Notes: a model not told the origin generated them from the sequence alone. 64,000 nt of DNA from an uncultured Chloroflexia bacterium (GCA_963825525.1 CAWGTN010000003.1:1-64000), one strand, 5' to 3'. Shown: positions 20,501-31,193, counted from the stretch's first letter. A program made the numbers and translations.

Positions 20501-20684
20501 CGTGGTCTCCCCGGATGGTGGCAAGCACAGTTTGAAGGCTTGGACCCAGGACGGGCGCGAAACTCATCGCATCAGGCAACTGCCACTAGCGCCTGCGGGC
20601 ATGCACGGCGCCCAGATCGGCGGGCACTGGGTACCATGACTTCTATCGCTCACAGACGTGGCCTGCCGATGGAGGGGGTGAGCA

Positions 20685-20888
20685 GTGGACCAGCGCGCGA
20701 CGGAGTTTGCGCGGACGATGGGCAAGGTGGCGCCGCGTGCGCTCGCGGCGCACGGGATCACGCGATACGAGCAGCTGACCGAGATGACCGAGAAGGACCT
20801 GCTCGCCATCCACGGTGTCGGGCCGAAGGCGATCAGGATCCTTGGCGACGAGCTCCGGGCGCGTGGTCTCTCGTTCAGGGACGGTTGA
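20685..20888 (+). CDS. small helix-hairpin-helix DNA-binding protein (RNAP alpha-CTD-like)
   Basis: RALAAHGIT...DLLAIHGVGPKAIRIL. Confidence 0.75.
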   Translation: MDQRATEFARTMGKVAPRALAAHGITRYEQLTEMTEKDLLAIHGVGPKAIRILGDELRARGLSFRDG

Positions 20889-20913
20889 GCGTCGGAGACC
20901 GTCGCCTGAACGA

Positions 20914-21940
20914 TCACCGCTCGACGGCGCGTGCCAGCCAGAGCGAGGAGGAATCGTCGCCGAGGATCTCGACGAGCAGCGATGGTGTCCCGTCAGGGTC
21001 CGGCAGGACCGCGAAGGAGTGGATGCTGCGCCCGCCGGGGACGTCGTCCGAGCCGAGCGAATCGACGCCGGATGCGCATGTCCAGGCACGGCCGTCGGAC
21101 GACGTGGCGGTCACGATCCGCATGTCCGTGTCGCTGCCTTCGGGCATGACTCCGAAGACGAGCAGCTGACCGCCGTCGACGGCCAGCAGGTGTGGCTCGA
21201 CCATCGTGCGCGCGTCGATCCCGCACGCATCGGGTCCCAGGGCGTGCTCATCATCGGCGCCGTCCATCGTCGCGTCGACGCGGGTCCAGGTCACGCCGTC
21301 GTCCGAGGTGGCCAGGCCGATCCGGTTCCGATTCGGCGCGCCGCGCGCAGCGCCGCCGTGGGCCATGAGAAAGCCGTTGGCGGTCGGGATGACGGTCGGA
21401 TGGTCGACGATCGCGCTATCCCAGCCGGATGCCGAAGGTTCGAGGATCGGCTCCGGGTGTGCCGTCCACGGACCGTCCGGGCCAGGAGACGTCGCGCGCC
21501 AGGCGATCGGGCGTGAGCCGCCGGGCAGGCGACCGCCGCCGAGCATGATCCACGTGCCGTCGGCGTCAACGAAGGCCCAAGACGGGATGGCGCCGATCTC
21601 GTCGAGCTCCAGCGCGAAGTCCTCGAGGACCGATGCGTCCGGATCGCCGGACCACGCGACGCCGTCGTCCGAGACGAGATGCAGCACCCGGGGTCGCTCG
21701 GACGGATCGGCGGAGAAGGCGACCGGGTACAGGTGCATGACCCCATCGTGGATCACGGTCGCGCCGGGAAGCAGGTAGTCGGCCCCGAAGTCGGCCGGGT
21801 CGATCACGGGTCCGTCGCCTGTGAGGGCGAAGGTGATCGGCTCAGGAGCTGATGACAGCCGACGGGGACTCAGCCCCTGCCGGCTGGCACGCGGCGATGG
21901 CCAGGGCGCAGGCGATGGCGGCCAAGCGGCGGATGATCAT
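20914..21940 (-). CDS. lipoprotein with glycoside-hydrolase-like beta-propeller, frameshift near 21840
   Basis: MIIRRLAAIACALAIAAC lipobox upstream of ORF 20914..21807; SDDGVAW, SDDGVTW and SSDGRAW Asp-box repeats; WDSAIVDHP. Confidence 0.65.
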
Positions 21941-22011
21941 CGGCCGATGGTTGACCCTCCCCCAGAGGGAAAGTCAAGGCCCGCGTGGCGCGCTGGCACT
22001 TATGACATCGC

Positions 22012-22647
22012 CTACTTCGATGCGCGACCCGCGACCGAGTCAATCTCCGCCGGGTCTGCCAGCAGTCCTCGGACGACGAGGCGGGCGATCTCCTCGGCCA
22101 ATGCGTCGATGGTGCCGCGGCCCCCGCTGTGGATTGTCAGCACCCGGACCAGGATTCCGCCGATGGCATGGCGCACGATATTGGAGTCGATGGGGACGAA
22201 TTCGCCGCTGCTGATGCCCTCTCGGACGATCCCTTCGACGATGTCGTGGAGTTGGTCACGGCGCCGTGCCCACGGTGCGAACTGGGGGCTGGCGATCACC
22301 TCTTCGGTATAGACGCCGCTGAGGTTGAACGGGGCCGAGGCAAGGTGGGTCACATCCGAGCGCAGATACTTGAACAGCCGGACGGCCGGCGAGCTCGTCT
22401 CAGAGGCGATTCTCTGGACCCAGGTCAGCGCCAGGTCGAGATCCCAATCCAGAATGGCCGCGACGATTGCCGCCTTGTTCGAAAAGTGGTGGAACAACGA
22501 GGGTTGTCGGATGCCGACCGCGTCCGCGATCTGACGCGTCGTCGTGCCGTGGTATCCCTGCCGCGCAAAGAGCTCGGCGGCCTCGTACATGATCCGCTCG
22601 CGCGTCGACAGCTCAGGCCGAGGGCTGGCCGGTTCAGTCTTCGACAT
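22012..22647 (-). CDS. TetR/AcrR family transcriptional regulator
   Basis: AAELFARQGYHGTTTRQIADAVGIRQPSLFHHF HTH. Confidence 0.9.
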   Translation of the reverse strand: MSKTEPASPRPELSTRERIMYEAAELFARQGYHGTTTRQIADAVGIRQPSLFHHFSNKAAIVAAILDWDLDLALTWVQRIASETSSPAVRLFKYLRSDVTHLASAPFNLSGVYTEEVIASPQFAPWARRRDQLHDIVEGIVREGISSGEFVPIDSNIVRHAIGGILVRVLTIHSGGRGTIDALAEEIARLVVRGLLADPAEIDSVAGRASK

Positions 22648-23395
22648 CGTCCACGTGTTCGTACCAGCCAACCCGGGTCCCGACGCGCGAGCGGACGCGC
22701 CACCGTACGGACTTGGGCGCCGCCTCGATCGAGTGTCGCAATCGAACGATCCGGTCCTGGACCGTCGCTTGTACGGCAGGATCGAGGTGGCCGTTGCGGT
22801 CTACTCCGTCAGCCAGGCGATCCAGGTTCAGTGCGGCGCCATACCAGAAGCCCCAATCATCGCCCAGCACGTGTTGAAGGCGGGCCACGTCGATCCCGTC
22901 TGGCTCGGGACCGAGGTCCGCTTCCGCAAGCAGCACCGTGAGGTCGATGAGATCGTTCTCGGTGATGCGGTAGATCTGGAGTTTCGTGAGCAGTAGGTCG
23001 GCCAGCGACACGGTGACGTCCTCTCGTTCAAGCCGCCCGCGGAAGTCGATGGTGTGAGCCATGACGAGCCGATCGAGGAAGATGTCCACCTTTCCCTCGT
23101 GCTCGGGGTGCGTGTAAATGAGTCGATTCACGCCCCACTCGCGGCTGTGGCTAACGGCCGGATGGATCGCATATCCGCGCCGGGACAGCAGGGAGTGGAG
23201 CTTGCCCTCATGCGCCGAGTAGCCCATGAAGTCCATGTCGCGCGGTGGGCGCCGACCGAGAGCCGCCATAAGAGGTCGGGTCGTCGGGCATCGGTGCGCA
23301 ATTGCCAATGACCCGATGAGTCGGACGGGAACCCCCTGATCGGCGGCTTCCCGATGGATGTCGCTGGCCTCGAGCTCGATGGCGTTCAGACTCAT
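22634..23395 (-). CDS. nucleotidyltransferase-fold protein
   Basis: RLIGSLA...RDMDF...KVDIF (hGS, DxD, third Asp); LLLTKL...DLID; overlaps the TetR start. Confidence 0.65.
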   Translation of the reverse strand: MSLNAIELEASDIHREAADQGVPVRLIGSLAIAHRCPTTRPLMAALGRRPPRDMDFMGYSAHEGKLHSLLSRRGYAIHPAVSHSREWGVNRLIYTHPEHEGKVDIFLDRLVMAHTIDFRGRLEREDVTVSLADLLLTKLQIYRITENDLIDLTVLLAEADLGPEPDGIDVARLQHVLGDDWGFWYGAALNLDRLADGVDRNGHLDPAVQATVQDRIVRLRHSIEAAPKSVRWRVRSRVGTRVGWYEHVDDVED

Positions 23396-23406
23396 GGCTT
23401 GACCCC

Positions 23407-23468
23407 TTGACAACGGTCTAGCGCCGCGGGTACGGTTTCGCCGACAGCCTATCGCCCGATAGGCTGTC
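23407..23468 (+). promoter_or_regulatory. promoter with a perfect 26-bp palindromic operator (putative TetR site)
   Basis: TTGACA (23407) + 18 bp + TACGGT (23431); GACAGCCTATCG-CC-CGATAGGCTGTC at 23443..23468. Confidence 0.75.
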
Positions 23469-23496
23469 ATGCAAGACGTCGGAGGCGGCCCTGCCG

Positions 23497-24444
23497 GTGC
23501 GCATCTTCTTCTGCTCAGACCTGCATGCATCTCGCAAGTGCTGGAAGAAGTTCTTGAACTCTGCCTCGTTCTACGGGGCGGATGTGATCATCGTTGGCGG
23601 CGACATCACCGGCAAGTTTGTCGTCCCGATGGTCGAAGGCCCCAGGCACACGCGCACGGCCACGTTCCTCGGTGTCGATCGGACGGTCTCCAACGACACC
23701 GAGGCCGAGCGGCTTCGTACGTGGATCGCGGATGCCGGCCAGTACCCCGTCGACATGAGCCCGGAAGAGTTCCAATGGTATGAGGGCGATCAGGCCAGGA
23801 TCGACGAGCTGTTCCACCGCCTGGTACTGGACCGGGTCCGCGAGTGGGTCGCCGAGGCGGACGAGAAGCTCGCCGGCTCAGGCGTTCGTGTCTTCGTATC
23901 TGGCGCAAATGACGATTTCCTCGAGGTTGACGACGTTCTGGCATCGTCCGGAGTCATCGAGGATCCGAACGGGCTGGTCGTCGACCTCGACGACGGCTAC
24001 CAGTTGCTGGGCATGGGATGGGGCAACCCGACCCCGTGGGCATGCCCACGCGACATCCCGGAAGAGGAGCTCGCGGCGCGCATCGATGCTGTCGCAGCAA
24101 CTGCCAAAGATCCGGCTCGAACGATCTTCAGCTTGCACGTCCCCCCACTGGGAAGCGGGCTCGATCTCGCGCCGAAGCTCGACGACTATCTGCGGCCGCG
24201 CATGAACGCTAGTGGCCTCGAGATGATCAGCGTCGGAAGCACGGCGACACGTGACGCCATCGAACGCTACCAGCCCCTGATCGGTCTGCACGGGCACATT
24301 CACGAGTCGAAGGGGATCAGAAAACTGGCGGGGGTCACGATCGCGAATCCGGGGAGCGAGTACGGAGAAGGCGTGCTCGATGGGTTAATTGTCGACCTCG
24401 ACGCCCAGCAGGGTGTCAAGGACGTGAGGTTGGTCACAGGCTAA
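23497..24444 (+). CDS. Icc-related metallophosphoesterase
   Basis: SDLH, GGDITGK, GANDD, HVPP, GLHGHIHES. Confidence 0.85.
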   Translation: MRIFFCSDLHASRKCWKKFLNSASFYGADVIIVGGDITGKFVVPMVEGPRHTRTATFLGVDRTVSNDTEAERLRTWIADAGQYPVDMSPEEFQWYEGDQARIDELFHRLVLDRVREWVAEADEKLAGSGVRVFVSGANDDFLEVDDVLASSGVIEDPNGLVVDLDDGYQLLGMGWGNPTPWACPRDIPEEELAARIDAVAATAKDPARTIFSLHVPPLGSGLDLAPKLDDYLRPRMNASGLEMISVGSTATRDAIERYQPLIGLHGHIHESKGIRKLAGVTIANPGSEYGEGVLDGLIVDLDAQQGVKDVRLVTG

Positions 24445-24463
24445 TAACGGAGGAGGGCGGTAC

Positions 24464-26044
24464 ATGGCAGCAACCCAACCCAGCTCTCGCGGTGTGTTCA
24501 CTCGCGCCAGCTCTGGTCTAGTTCGACAGGTTCGAACGACCGATGTTTTCTTCTTTGGCTTTACCACGATTGCGCTCTCGTACATCGTCTTCACCATCCT
24601 GTCGTGGTCGGCGTACCCCGGCGCATCGATGGAACTGGCGACGCTCATCGCCATCGTGGGCGCTCTCGGGATCGGCGGGACGTACGCGCTGTTCGCCAGC
24701 ATGTACCCGCGCTCGGGCGGGGAGTACGTCTTCCTGTCGCGCACCCTCCACCCGCTGGTTGGGTTTGCCCTGAGCTTCTCGTTCGCGTTCTGGCAGATGT
24801 TCTACCTCGGTCTCAACGGCGCATTCTTTGCCCAATTCGCTGTCAGCCCCACGCTTGCGGGGGTCGCGACAGTCACGAACAGCCCCGCACTCCTGGATGT
24901 CGCGAACTGGTTCGGATCGCCCGCCGGCATCTTCGCGGGAGGCATCTTCCTCATCGTGACCATGAGCTTCCTGCACTGGCGTGGAGCCGCGGTGTACTTC
25001 CGCTGGCAGCGTTGGGGAGCGCTGCTCGCCATGGGGAGCCTTGCGGTCACCATCGTCGTGCTGATTCTCGGAGCGGTTGGGGCCTTCGACTTCAAGGCTG
25101 CGTTCGATGGCGTGGCCGGGGCCGGTGCGTACGAGCAGGTCATCGCGGATGGCACTGCAGCGGGAACCCTGCCGGCCGCGCCATTCGACCTTGGGGCGAC
25201 CATGAACTTCGTTCTGTGGCCGGCCTTCTCGATCTGGTTTGCCATCACCGCCACGGCGTTCTCGGGTGAGGTGAAGAACGTCCAACGAGGCATGTTGGTC
25301 GGCATGGTGAGCGCGCAGGTCATCACCGGCCTGGTCTTCGTGGTGCTCATGTTCCTGTACCGCACGGCGTTCGGAAACGACTTCCTGCTGGCGGCCTCCG
25401 CCGGCGTGCCGCTTGACGCGCCACCCTTCGTTCCGGTGTTCACGGGCATTCTTGGGGGCAGCGCCGTGCTGTCGATCATCACCGGCGTCTGGGTGCTCGC
25501 CATTGCACTGTTCGTCGGCGGCACGGTGATCCCATATGCCACGCGCGCACTGCTGGCCTGGGGCATTGATGGCATGGCACCGTCGAAGGTCGCCGATGTC
25601 AATGACCGCTACCACTCACCGCATTGGGCGATCGCGGTCACGGCCGTGGTGGCCGTCGTCGTGCTTGCGATGTATGCGTTCACGACGGTCCTGACGATCG
25701 TGTCGGGCTTCTTCGCATTCGCGTTGAGCTTTGCGGTGGTGTGCATCTGGGGTGCCGTCTTCCCGTTCGTTCGGCGTGAGCAGTTTGAGAACTCACCGAT
25801 CGCGAAGTACGTCGCCGGCGTCCCGCTGATCACACTCACCGGACTGCTCGGCGGAGCGTTCAGCCTGTTCGGTCTGTACCGGCTTACCCAGGATCAGGTC
25901 TTCACCCTGGATCGTGGTTTCGCGGTGGCTGGGGCCTTCGCCGTGGTTGCGATCGGGGCGGTCTGGTACCTGATCGCCACGGCCTACCGTCGGAGCCAGG
26001 GCGTCGACGTGGCGGCCCGGTACCGCGAAATCCCAATCGAGTAA
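24464..26044 (+). CDS. APC-family amino acid/polyamine permease
   Basis: About 12 TM segments; FTRASSGLVR, PRSGGEYVFLSR, GEVKN, C-terminal YREIPIE. Confidence 0.9.
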   Translation: MAATQPSSRGVFTRASSGLVRQVRTTDVFFFGFTTIALSYIVFTILSWSAYPGASMELATLIAIVGALGIGGTYALFASMYPRSGGEYVFLSRTLHPLVGFALSFSFAFWQMFYLGLNGAFFAQFAVSPTLAGVATVTNSPALLDVANWFGSPAGIFAGGIFLIVTMSFLHWRGAAVYFRWQRWGALLAMGSLAVTIVVLILGAVGAFDFKAAFDGVAGAGAYEQVIADGTAAGTLPAAPFDLGATMNFVLWPAFSIWFAITATAFSGEVKNVQRGMLVGMVSAQVITGLVFVVLMFLYRTAFGNDFLLAASAGVPLDAPPFVPVFTGILGGSAVLSIITGVWVLAIALFVGGTVIPYATRALLAWGIDGMAPSKVADVNDRYHSPHWAIAVTAVVAVVVLAMYAFTTVLTIVSGFFAFALSFAVVCIWGAVFPFVRREQFENSPIAKYVAGVPLITLTGLLGGAFSLFGLYRLTQDQVFTLDRGFAVAGAFAVVAIGAVWYLIATAYRRSQGVDVAARYREIPIE

Positions 26045-26049
26045 TGCTC

Positions 26050-26083
26050 AGTCGGCTGCGTCGGTCGTACGGCGCAGCCGACT
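26050..26083 (+). terminator. strong intercistronic hairpin (attenuator or mRNA stabiliser)
   Basis: AGTCGGCTGCGTCG-N6-CGGCGCAGCCGACT; no U-tract. Confidence 0.5.
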
Positions 26084-26104
26084 CTCCAACCGCTGAAAGG
26101 TCCG

Positions 26105-27082
26105 ATGCCACCAATGCAGACTGGTCAGTCGCTTCTCGACCAGCATCGCCTCATGCTCCGAATGCGTGCCTTTGAAGACGCGTGTGCGGAAGGCATCAAG
26201 ACAGGCGAGCTTCGCGGCGAGCTCCATCTGGCCTCGGGCCAGGAGGCCATCGCAGCGGGCATGGCCGGGATCATTCAACCGGCTGATTGGATGGTGAGCA
26301 CACATCGTCCGCACCAGCACGCCATCGCGAAGGGTGTTCCGCTGCATCCTTTGCTGGCCGAGATCTACGAGAAGGCGGATGGCCTGGCGGGCGGGAAAGG
26401 GGGGCATCTGCATCTCTTCGACATGGAGCGCCGCTTCTCGACTACCGGCATCGTGGGATCGTCATTGCCCGTTGCGCTGGGACACGCGTACGCCGCTCGA
26501 CTCGCCAATGACACGTCGATCGCGGTCGGTATCACGGGTGATGGCGGGACGAACACCGGCCAGTTCCACGAGACGCTGAACATGGCCGCGATCTGGAGCC
26601 TGCCCCTCGTGATCCTCGTCGAGAACAATGACTACGCGATCTCGGTGCCGGCCCGCGACGTCATCGCCGAACCAGGGATCGCCGCCCGCGCCAGCGCGTA
26701 CGGGGCGTGGGGCAGGCGAGTGGACGGGACGGACGTGGAAGCCTTCGCCAGCGCCTTCGCCGAGGCTGTCACTCACGCCCGCAGCGGCGCCGGCCCGGCG
26801 CTACTGGAGGCGTCGTGTCACCGATTCCGAGGTCACTATGAAGGCGACGTTGATCACTATCGTTCGAAGCGCTCGCGAGACGAGATGCTCGCGTCCGGTG
26901 ATCCGATCACGAAAGCCAGGCAACGCCTGATCGAGCGCGACGGGATCGAAGCAGCCGAGCTGGATGCGCATGTCGCCGAGGCGACGGCTGAGATGGCCGA
27001 GCTGCTCGCTGACGTCCGCTCAGGGTCTGACCCGGACGTGGCCGGTGTCCTTGACGACGTCTTCGCTGAGGCACGCTCGTGA
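26105..27082 (+). CDS. TPP-dependent dehydrogenase E1 alpha subunit (acetoin/2-oxoacid type)
   Basis: HLASGQEA, STHRPH, GDG-x-NN TPP motif, RFRGHYEGD. Confidence 0.9.
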   Translation: MPPMQTGQSLLDQHRLMLRMRAFEDACAEGIKTGELRGELHLASGQEAIAAGMAGIIQPADWMVSTHRPHQHAIAKGVPLHPLLAEIYEKADGLAGGKGGHLHLFDMERRFSTTGIVGSSLPVALGHAYAARLANDTSIAVGITGDGGTNTGQFHETLNMAAIWSLPLVILVENNDYAISVPARDVIAEPGIAARASAYGAWGRRVDGTDVEAFASAFAEAVTHARSGAGPALLEASCHRFRGHYEGDVDHYRSKRSRDEMLASGDPITKARQRLIERDGIEAAELDAHVAEATAEMAELLADVRSGSDPDVAGVLDDVFAEARS

Positions 27083-28083
27083 GCCTGCGAGCGAGTGCCA
27101 ATGTCAGCGAGCTGATCGCCGCAACGCTCCAGGAGGAGATGGCCCGTGACAGCCAGACGATTCTGCTGGGCGAGGACGTCGGCTACTCAGGCGGCACGTT
27201 CGGCGCGAGTCGAAAGCTGTTCCGAGAGTTCGGAGAGTGGCGCGTTCGTGACACGCCCATCTCCGAGATGGGTTTCACGGGCATGGCGGTCGGCCTGGCA
27301 ATGAGCGGTTGGCGGCCGATCGTCGAACTGATGTTCATCGATTTCATCGGAGTGTGTCTCGAGCAGGTCTACAACGCCATGGCCAAGAACCGCTACATGT
27401 CCGGCGGCATGGTGACGATGCCGATCACCGTCCGAACGGCGGCCGGGAGCATCGGCGTGGCCGCGCAGCACTCACAGGCGCTGTGGGGGCTCCTCGCGCA
27501 CCTTCCCGGCATGAAAGTGGTCGCACCGTCGAACCCGTACGACTACAAGGGCCTGCTGGCGGCGTCGATACAGGATGACGATCCGGTCATCTTCATCGAA
27601 CACAAGGACGCCTATCTCCGACGACTCAGCGACTTCCCCATTGGCACAGAAATTCCCGAGGGACGCTACCTCGTCCCGATCGGGCAGGCCGCAGTCGTCA
27701 GGCGTGGACGAGATGTGACGATCGCGACGCTGTCGACGATGGTGGAGCGAAGCCTGGCCGCGGCGGAAGAACTGGCATCCGACGGAATCGACGTTGAGAT
27801 CATCGACCTGCGGTCGGTCGTGCCGCTGGATCACGAAACGGTGGTCGAATCGGTGGCTCGAACGGAGCGCCTTCTTGTGGTCGACGAGGACTACCGAAGC
27901 TTCGGGCTCTCCGGCGAGCTCGTGGCTCGCGTCGTCGAAGCCCTCGGGCCGGCGTGCAGACGGGTGAAGCGCCTCGCGGAGCCAGACGTACCGATCCCGG
28001 CGGCAAAGGCGCTGGAAGACGCGGTCATCCCGTCAGCAGCGTCAATCGCCGACGCCTGTCGCCAGCTTGTGGAGTCACGATGA
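27079..28083 (+). CDS. TPP-dependent dehydrogenase E1 beta subunit
   Basis: [31 protein letters not shown]. Confidence 0.9.
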   Translation: MSLRASANVSELIAATLQEEMARDSQTILLGEDVGYSGGTFGASRKLFREFGEWRVRDTPISEMGFTGMAVGLAMSGWRPIVELMFIDFIGVCLEQVYNAMAKNRYMSGGMVTMPITVRTAAGSIGVAAQHSQALWGLLAHLPGMKVVAPSNPYDYKGLLAASIQDDDPVIFIEHKDAYLRRLSDFPIGTEIPEGRYLVPIGQAAVVRRGRDVTIATLSTMVERSLAAAEELASDGIDVEIIDLRSVVPLDHETVVESVARTERLLVVDEDYRSFGLSGELVARVVEALGPACRRVKRLAEPDVPIPAAKALEDAVIPSAASIADACRQLVESR

Positions 28084-29042
28084 CCGAGCCACTTGGGCCT
28101 GTTGATCCTCTCGTCGTCCCGCGGTTCGCGGGCCCCGGAACGTTTGCCCGTCTGCCGCGCATCGATCAAGTCGAACGTTGTGACATCGCGATCGTTGGGA
28201 TCCCGTTCGACAGCGGGGTCACGTACCGGCCCGGCGCGCGGTTCGGCCCCATGGCGGTGCGCGCCGCCTCTCGTCTGCTTCGCGCCTACAACCCGGAGCT
28301 GGACGTCGAACCGTTCCGGTCTGCGCAGGTGGCGGACGTCGGCGACCTGGCGGTAACGCCGTTCTCTATCGTAGATGCCGTAACGCAGATTGAAGCCGGC
28401 GCCCGATCGATTCTCGAACGCAGTCCGCATTTCGTCGCCATCGGCGGTGACCATACCGTTGCGTTGCCCTTGCTGCGTGCCGTGCATGAGCGCGTCGGCC
28501 AGGTGGCGGTCGTCCACTTCGATGCGCACCTGGACACATGGGATACGTACTTCGGTGCCGATGTCACCCACGGGACTCCCTTCCGGCGAGCCGCTGAGGA
28601 GGGTCTCCTGGCCCGCGACCGCTCCATCCACATCGGGACCCGAGGACCACTGTTTTCACCGCAGGACCTTGTTGACGACTCAGGTCTCGGGTTCGGGATC
28701 ATCACGTCGATGGACCTTGAGACCGATCACGTCGCCGGCGTGGTGCGGCGCATCCACGAGCGCGTCGGTGATGCACCGTTGTACATATCGGTCGACATCG
28801 ATGTACTTGATCCAGCCGCCGCTCCCGGGACCGGTACGCCCGAAGCCGGGGGACTGACAAGCCGAGAGCTGCTCGGGATCCTGCGGGGGTTGGCCGATCT
28901 CAAGATCGCCGCCGCTGATGTCGTCGAGGTCGCTCCTGCATATGACCACGCTGAGATCACAGCCACGGCGGCAGCTCACGTCGTCTTCGAGCTGGTCTCT
29001 CTGCTCGCCCTACCGTTCGGCGCAAGCGGTGAGACGACGTGA
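28080..29042 (+). CDS. speB: agmatinase / guanidino-amidinohydrolase (arginase family)
   Basis: [48 protein letters not shown]. Confidence 0.85.
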   Translation: MTEPLGPVDPLVVPRFAGPGTFARLPRIDQVERCDIAIVGIPFDSGVTYRPGARFGPMAVRAASRLLRAYNPELDVEPFRSAQVADVGDLAVTPFSIVDAVTQIEAGARSILERSPHFVAIGGDHTVALPLLRAVHERVGQVAVVHFDAHLDTWDTYFGADVTHGTPFRRAAEEGLLARDRSIHIGTRGPLFSPQDLVDDSGLGFGIITSMDLETDHVAGVVRRIHERVGDAPLYISVDIDVLDPAAAPGTGTPEAGGLTSRELLGILRGLADLKIAAADVVEVAPAYDHAEITATAAAHVVFELVSLLALPFGASGETT

Positions 29043-29821
29043 CTGACGCGTTCGATCTGACCGGCAAGGTCGCGATCGTGACCGGCGCCAATTCCGGGAT
29101 CGGTGCTGCGGTGGCCGCACAGTTCGCGCAAGCCGGCGCTGTGATCGTTGGCGCGGCCCGCCGCGAGGCTGAGGGTCAGGCGGTGGTCGAAGCCATTCGC
29201 ACCCGCGGCGGCACGGCGGACTTCGTCCGAACGGACGTCAGTTCGCCGGGCGACGTTGAAAAGCTCGTTCGGGGTGCCGAAGAGCGACATGGCCGGGTGG
29301 ACATCCTGGTGTCCAACGCCGGCATGCTGGCGAACGGAACTGCGGTCGATACCTCGATCGAGCTCTGGCATCAGGTGATCGACACCAATCTCGCTGGCGC
29401 CTTCTACCTAGCAAAGTACGGCATTCCCGCTCTTCGCCGCGCGGGCGGTGGGGCCATGGTTGTCGTCGCCTCTGAGCTGGGTCTGGTGGGAGCGAAGGAG
29501 ACGGTTGCGTACTGCGCAGCAAAGGGCGGGCTGATCAATATGGTCAGAGCGATCAGCCTCGACGTCGCCGGCGAAGGCATCCGCGTCAATACGCTCTGCC
29601 CGGGACCGATCGACACACCCATGCTGCGAGATTGGGTTGCTTCGGCTGACGATCCCAAGGCACTCGAGGCCGATCAACTGAGACCCATCCCGCTCGGTCG
29701 TCTGGGCCAGGCAGAAGAGATTGCCCGAGCAGCGCTGTTTCTGGCTTCAGGGGGCGGGTCGTACATGTCCGGTTCGGTGCTGGTCGCCGATGGCGGGGCC
29801 ACGTCCTGGTACGGCCTCTAG
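29039..29821 (+). CDS. short-chain dehydrogenase/reductase
   Basis: [22 protein letters not shown]. Confidence 0.9.
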   Translation: MTDAFDLTGKVAIVTGANSGIGAAVAAQFAQAGAVIVGAARREAEGQAVVEAIRTRGGTADFVRTDVSSPGDVEKLVRGAEERHGRVDILVSNAGMLANGTAVDTSIELWHQVIDTNLAGAFYLAKYGIPALRRAGGGAMVVVASELGLVGAKETVAYCAAKGGLINMVRAISLDVAGEGIRVNTLCPGPIDTPMLRDWVASADDPKALEADQLRPIPLGRLGQAEEIARAALFLASGGGSYMSGSVLVADGGATSWYGL

Positions 29822-29842
29822 GTTTCAGCACGAGGTACATAG

Positions 29843-30259
29843 GTGGAAGACAGCAAGGCGTTTCTGCAAACGGTCTACGAGACGGTGCAGTCGCGGAACA
29901 TCGACGCGCTCGTTGAGCACTTCTCCGAGGACTGCGTGTTCGTCGATGTGCCACTGGCCGAAACGGCGCAGGGACGGGACGCATTCCGCGCGTACATGGA
30001 GGAGACCTTCCTCGGGTTGCCAGACTTCCAGCCGGAGAGCTGGACCTTCATCGCCGAGGGCCAGAACGTGGCTGCTGAGCTCGTATTGCGGGGTACACAC
30101 GAGGGAACATTCATGGGTCACGCACCCACGCACCGCGAAGTGCGGTGGCGAGCGAGTGCCTTCTACACGCTTTCACCGGCGCTGGATCAAGTTGTTCGGG
30201 AGGTCTACTACTACGACCTCGCGAGCCTGACGGACCAATTGAGGAGCGATCGTGCGTGA
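29843..30259 (+). CDS. SnoaL-like / ester cyclase (NTF2 fold) protein
   Basis: FIAEGQNVAAELVLRGTHEGTFMGHAPT. Confidence 0.8.
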   Translation: MEDSKAFLQTVYETVQSRNIDALVEHFSEDCVFVDVPLAETAQGRDAFRAYMEETFLGLPDFQPESWTFIAEGQNVAAELVLRGTHEGTFMGHAPTHREVRWRASAFYTLSPALDQVVREVYYYDLASLTDQLRSDRA

Positions 30260-31019
30260 TCTGCGGCTGATGGCGAATCTCACGTGGGAAGAATTTCGCG
30301 ATCGAGCAGGAACGTCGATCGTGCTGCTGCCACTCGGGGCAGTCGAGCAACATGGGCCGCAGCTTCCCCTTGATACGGACACGGCGATTCCGGCCGCACT
30401 TTGCCGAGCGCTCGCCGACAGCCTGCCGGCCATCGTCGCCCCCAGCTTTGCGTATGGATACAAGTCACAGCCAAACACGGGTGGCGGCGTCCGATTCCCA
30501 GGGACCACCAGCTTCGACGGCGCGACGTTCACCGCATGTGTACGGGACATCGTGCGCGACCTGATCGGCCAGGGAGTCGGATCGATCGCGCTGCTCAACG
30601 GGAACTACGAGAACACCTACTTCGCGATCGAGGGCATGGACTTGGCGATCCGCGATTGCGGCATCCCGAACGGGGTGAAGGTCCTTCACATCAACTGGTG
30701 GGAACAGCTGACACCCGCTCAACTCGACGAAGCATTTGGCGGGTCATTTCCCGGCTGGGAAGCCGAGCATGCCGGAGTCGTCGAGACGTCGCTGATGATG
30801 CATTTCGAGCCTGACAGGGTCGAGCCTGACAGGATCCCTCCCGCCCACCGGATGGCGCTGCCGACCTATACGATCTCGCCTGAACCAGACGGCTTGGTCC
30901 CGCCGAGTGGCGTGCTGGCCAGCGCCGAGGGCTCCGACCCGGCCATCGGCCAATCGCTGGCGCAGCACCTGGTCTCCGCGATCGCCGGCATTCTCGAAAA
31001 AGAATTCAGCCGGCCCTGA
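30252..31019 (+). CDS. creatininase / creatinine amidohydrolase family protein
   Basis: PLGAVEQHGPQLPLDTD, NGNYEN, EHAGVVETS. Confidence 0.85.
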   Translation: MRDLRLMANLTWEEFRDRAGTSIVLLPLGAVEQHGPQLPLDTDTAIPAALCRALADSLPAIVAPSFAYGYKSQPNTGGGVRFPGTTSFDGATFTACVRDIVRDLIGQGVGSIALLNGNYENTYFAIEGMDLAIRDCGIPNGVKVLHINWWEQLTPAQLDEAFGGSFPGWEAEHAGVVETSLMMHFEPDRVEPDRIPPAHRMALPTYTISPEPDGLVPPSGVLASAEGSDPAIGQSLAQHLVSAIAGILEKEFSRP

Positions 31020-31103
31020 AGACAACCCGAACCACCCACCGCCCGTTCGACCTTGATGGGCACGGCATCGGATGCGAGTCCTGAGGCGCTGGGACCTTCA
31101 CAC

Positions 31104-31189
31104 CATCCGCGACGCGGCGGAGACTTCGGCGTCCCTCCAGGGCATCGTCGAGGATCTGCGTGCCGCGCCCGACCAGCAGGATCTGGCCT
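31104..31189 (+). repeat. diverged copy of an internal segment of the 15995..16240 gene
   Basis: TCGGCGTC(T/C)CTCCAGGGCATCGTCGAGGATCTG shared with 16072..16157. Confidence 0.7.
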
Positions 31190-31193
31190 CCTC

